Shown here: one piece after another, positions 61,705 through 64,000 of the stretch
How the letters are laid out: each line of letters starts with the position of its first letter
How positions within the stretch are numbered: position 1 is the first letter of the stretch
Made by a program: the position numbers and the translations under genes
Notes under the pieces: generated by a model
Database searches by the model: none
Seen by the model: only the letters and a program-made list of their open reading frames with translations
What the model was told of the DNA's origin: nothing
NCBI GenBank assembly: GCA_963663965.2
Contig: CAXXFK010000032.1
Span: 96,001-160,000, forward strand
Source of the DNA: Sedimentisphaerales bacterium
GTDB lineage: Bacteria > Planctomycetota > Phycisphaerae > Sedimentisphaerales > SM23-30
Direction of reading: 5' to 3'
DNA length: 64,000 bases

Positions 61705-62049
61705 TCATATCGCTTCTCCGCCAGATTCGCCGGTTCGGATGCGAATACATCGCTCTAAATTGGTAACGAATATTTTTCCATCGCCAATCGTTCCAGCCTC
61801 CCCATGCCTGGCGGCTTTCAGAATGGCATCAATCGTAATGTCAACAAAATTGTCATTGCACGCAATATCGATGCGTACTTTTGGGATTAATGCGGGAACG
61901 ACTGTTTGTCCCCGGTATAGATCGGTTTCTTCGGCCCGCCCCCTTCCGGTACATCGACTGACAGTAATACGATAGATCTCGGCCCGTACCAGGGCTTCAC
62001 GGACTTCATCAAGTTTATCAGATTGGATGATAGCTGTGACAAGCTTCAT
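61705..62049 (-). CDS. glnK: P-II nitrogen regulatory protein
   Basis: P-II motifs; immediately downstream of amtB. Confidence 0.9.
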   Translation of the reverse strand: MKLVTAIIQSDKLDEVREALVRAEIYRITVSRCTGRGRAEETDLYRGQTVVPALIPKVRIDIACNDNFVDITIDAILKAARHGEAGTIGDGKIFVTNLERCIRIRTGESGGEAI

Positions 62050-62080
62050 AATTTTATTCCTGCTTTAATTAAGTTTTGAT

Positions 62081-63364
62081 TTAATTCAAATTCAATAATC
62101 CATAGCCATGCTCACCATGCAAACTATGATCCATACCGGCTTTTTCCTGGGATTCCGCCATTCGGAAACCCACCGTCTTTTCTAATAGGATACAAAGTAT
62201 CAGGGAGACTACTCCGGCGTACGCGATACTGATTAAAACCCCTTCCGTCTGATACCATAATTGCTGGGCAAATCCGTGTACCTCAACGGATTCGGGTCTG
62301 AGGAAAAATGTCAGCCCGATTGCCCCGATAATTCCGGCAATCCCATGAATACCAAACACATCCAGAGTATCGTCGTATCCGAGTCGTGATTTGATCAGAA
62401 CGGCGCCATAACAGAAAAACGCGGCAATGGTCCCCAACGCGATCGCGCCGATGGGCGGCACATCGCCGGCCGCCGGTGTAATGGCAACCAGGCCCGCAAG
62501 GATACCGGAAACCAATCCAAGACTCGTGGCTTTTTTATGATGAAAGGCCTCAATCAACATCCATACCAGTGCCCCGGTAGCGGCGGCGATCTGGGTCACG
62601 GTCAGGGCCTGGGCGGTTTTCAATCCGCTGGATACCGAACTGCCGGCGTTAAATCCGAACCAGCCCACCCAGAGCAGACCGGCGCCCATAAGTGTCATGA
62701 CCAGATTATTGGGATGCATGGCCGTTTTCGGATACCCCCTGCGAGCGCCCAGATACAAGGCGATAACCAGACCCGCGACACCCGCTGAAATATGAATAAC
62801 GGTTCCTCCGGCAAAATCAATGGCTTTACCCGTTAAAAAACCGCCGCCCCACACCCAGTGCGCCAGCGGATTATAAACCAGTAAACTCCATAATGCGATA
62901 AAGATACAATAGGCTTTGAACCGGACACGTTCCGCAAACGCCCCGGCGATCAAAGCCGGAGTAATAATCGCAAACTTACCCTGGAACATGGCGAATACCA
63001 GGGATGGGATTCCCAGGTTTTCATCAATTTTTGAATCCAGCCCTTTCAGGAATAGCCAGTCACTGTTCCAGCCGCACCAGCCATGGCTATCACCAAAACA
63101 CATGGCATAACCACAGACGGCCCATACCACACCAATGATGGCCATCGCCGCGAAACTGTGCATCATCGTCCCGATAACGTTCTTGGTGCGAACCAGTCCA
63201 CCGTAAAACATACCCAATCCCGGCACCATCAATAAGACCAGTGCCGTCGAGGTTAGCATCCAGGCGGTCGTACCGCTGTCACAGGCCACCTCATCGGCGG
63301 CAAATAAAGTTGACGTACATAACAAAAATAATAAACCAGACAAAACCAGCTGTTTTTTCTGCAT
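62081..63364 (-). CDS. amtB: Ammonium transporter
   Basis: GLGMFYGGLVR, DFAGG-IH, WFGFNAGS, DDTLDVFGIHG. Confidence 0.95.
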   Translation of the reverse strand: MQKKQLVLSGLLFLLCTSTLFAADEVACDSGTTAWMLTSTALVLLMVPGLGMFYGGLVRTKNVIGTMMHSFAAMAIIGVVWAVCGYAMCFGDSHGWCGWNSDWLFLKGLDSKIDENLGIPSLVFAMFQGKFAIITPALIAGAFAERVRFKAYCIFIALWSLLVYNPLAHWVWGGGFLTGKAIDFAGGTVIHISAGVAGLVIALYLGARRGYPKTAMHPNNLVMTLMGAGLLWVGWFGFNAGSSVSSGLKTAQALTVTQIAAATGALVWMLIEAFHHKKATSLGLVSGILAGLVAITPAAGDVPPIGAIALGTIAAFFCYGAVLIKSRLGYDDTLDVFGIHGIAGIIGAIGLTFFLRPESVEVHGFAQQLWYQTEGVLISIAYAGVVSLILCILLEKTVGFRMAESQEKAGMDHSLHGEHGYGLLNLN

Positions 63365-63452
63365 ACCTGTGGTTCCTTTTAATTTTAAAGAGTATTCCGT
63401 TTGATAACTGATGCCTTCAACATCAAGAGATATTCTGTGCAGAAATACTTTT

Positions 63453-63468
63453 TGCAAATGATATGCCA
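63453..63468 (-). promoter_or_regulatory. Sigma54 -24/-12 promoter for amtB-glnK
   Basis: TGGCATATCATTTGCA, GG-N10-GC. Confidence 0.78.
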
Positions 63469-63814
63469 AAAATGGAAATGAATGTCAAATACTGGATAAG
63501 CAGCTCATTCTCATAATAGCCAAATAAACCATAAGTAACCAATAATTAAATAGTTACAAATATTCAGTGCGAGCCAGAAACAAAGAAACAATTTTTTCAT
63601 AAACGAAAAAACCCTTTACCCCACCGGCCAGCAACAACATATTTGTCTTTATTATCCTTCGAATTACACAAATGTAAGTCATTCTCATAAAATCAAAAAA
63701 AACCAGGTCCATAATGGATACCTGGCGTTTTGAATTGGCGGTTTTACCAATTCGTTTTATCTATACTCTCTCTCAATTTCAAAAAAAATAATGGTGCCAA
63801 ATTTATTTGATTAA

Positions 63815-63844
63815 GCGTGCCCTGTCAGGTTGGACAGGACACGC
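63815..63844 (-). terminator. Hairpin downstream of the third P-II gene
   Basis: gcgtgtcctgtc/gacagggcacgc stem on the minus strand followed by TT. Confidence 0.45.
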
Positions 63845-63935
63845 AAACGGAATTAAAGGGAACCGTCAGGCCAGAATTAGAGGCACATGTGGTTTTTGCG
63901 GAGTTCCTGAGGTTCCCCTCCACAGGTCAACATCA

Positions 63936-64000
63936 TCAGCCGATCGCGTCATTGCCTTCTTCGCCGGTTCGGATACGAATACACCGTTCCAGGGGCATGA
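63936..64000 (-). CDS. Third P-II protein, C-terminal fragment (absent from the ORF track)
   Basis: Reverse complement reads MPLERCIRIRTGEEGNDAIG-stop, the P-II C-terminal signature. Confidence 0.85.
   Translation of the reverse strand, partial: MPLERCIRIRTGEEGNDAIG

Noticed and set aside
1..64000. Complete diversity-generating retroelement
   Set aside because: No reverse transcriptase, avd-like gene or AAC-rich template repeat is visible; only a candidate target region is reported.

Overview
Bacterial DNA, probably a planctomycete of Phycisphaerae type (inferred from the dockerin-like C-terminal tag, DUF1080 and FGE-domain proteins; not confirmed). The main discovery is in the first ~21.5 kb. 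A minus-strand gene run encodes what looks like an archaeal/eukaryotic-type ESCRT module: a MIT-domain Vps4/CdvC-like AAA ATPase, two different Snf7/ESCRT-III-like helical proteins and a protein ending in a winged-helix-like segment. These genes are interleaved with a transmembrane Ser/Thr kinase and a secreted caspase-like protease, both carrying FGE-sulfatase (C-type-lectin-fold) domains, and a TPR lipoprotein. A divergent ExbB/ExbD/TonB-like operon with secreted coiled-coil proteins and a second caspase-FGE plus lipoprotein pair complete the locus. An IS200-type Y1 transposase with REP/REPIN-like palindromes interrupts the run, and one FGE domain ends in a DGR-variable-region-like segment. 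The rest of the window holds a ~2,500-aa beta-helix surface protein broken by six clustered indels (probably sequencing errors), pilin-like genes, a TRAP transporter, ribBA, polysaccharide genes, a sigma54-type thioredoxin/MMPL operon, a GH16, a diguanylate cyclase, tRNA-Glu and a sigma54-type nitrogen cluster (glnA, two amtB, three P-II genes). All family calls rest on motif reading and recalled family patterns, not database searches.
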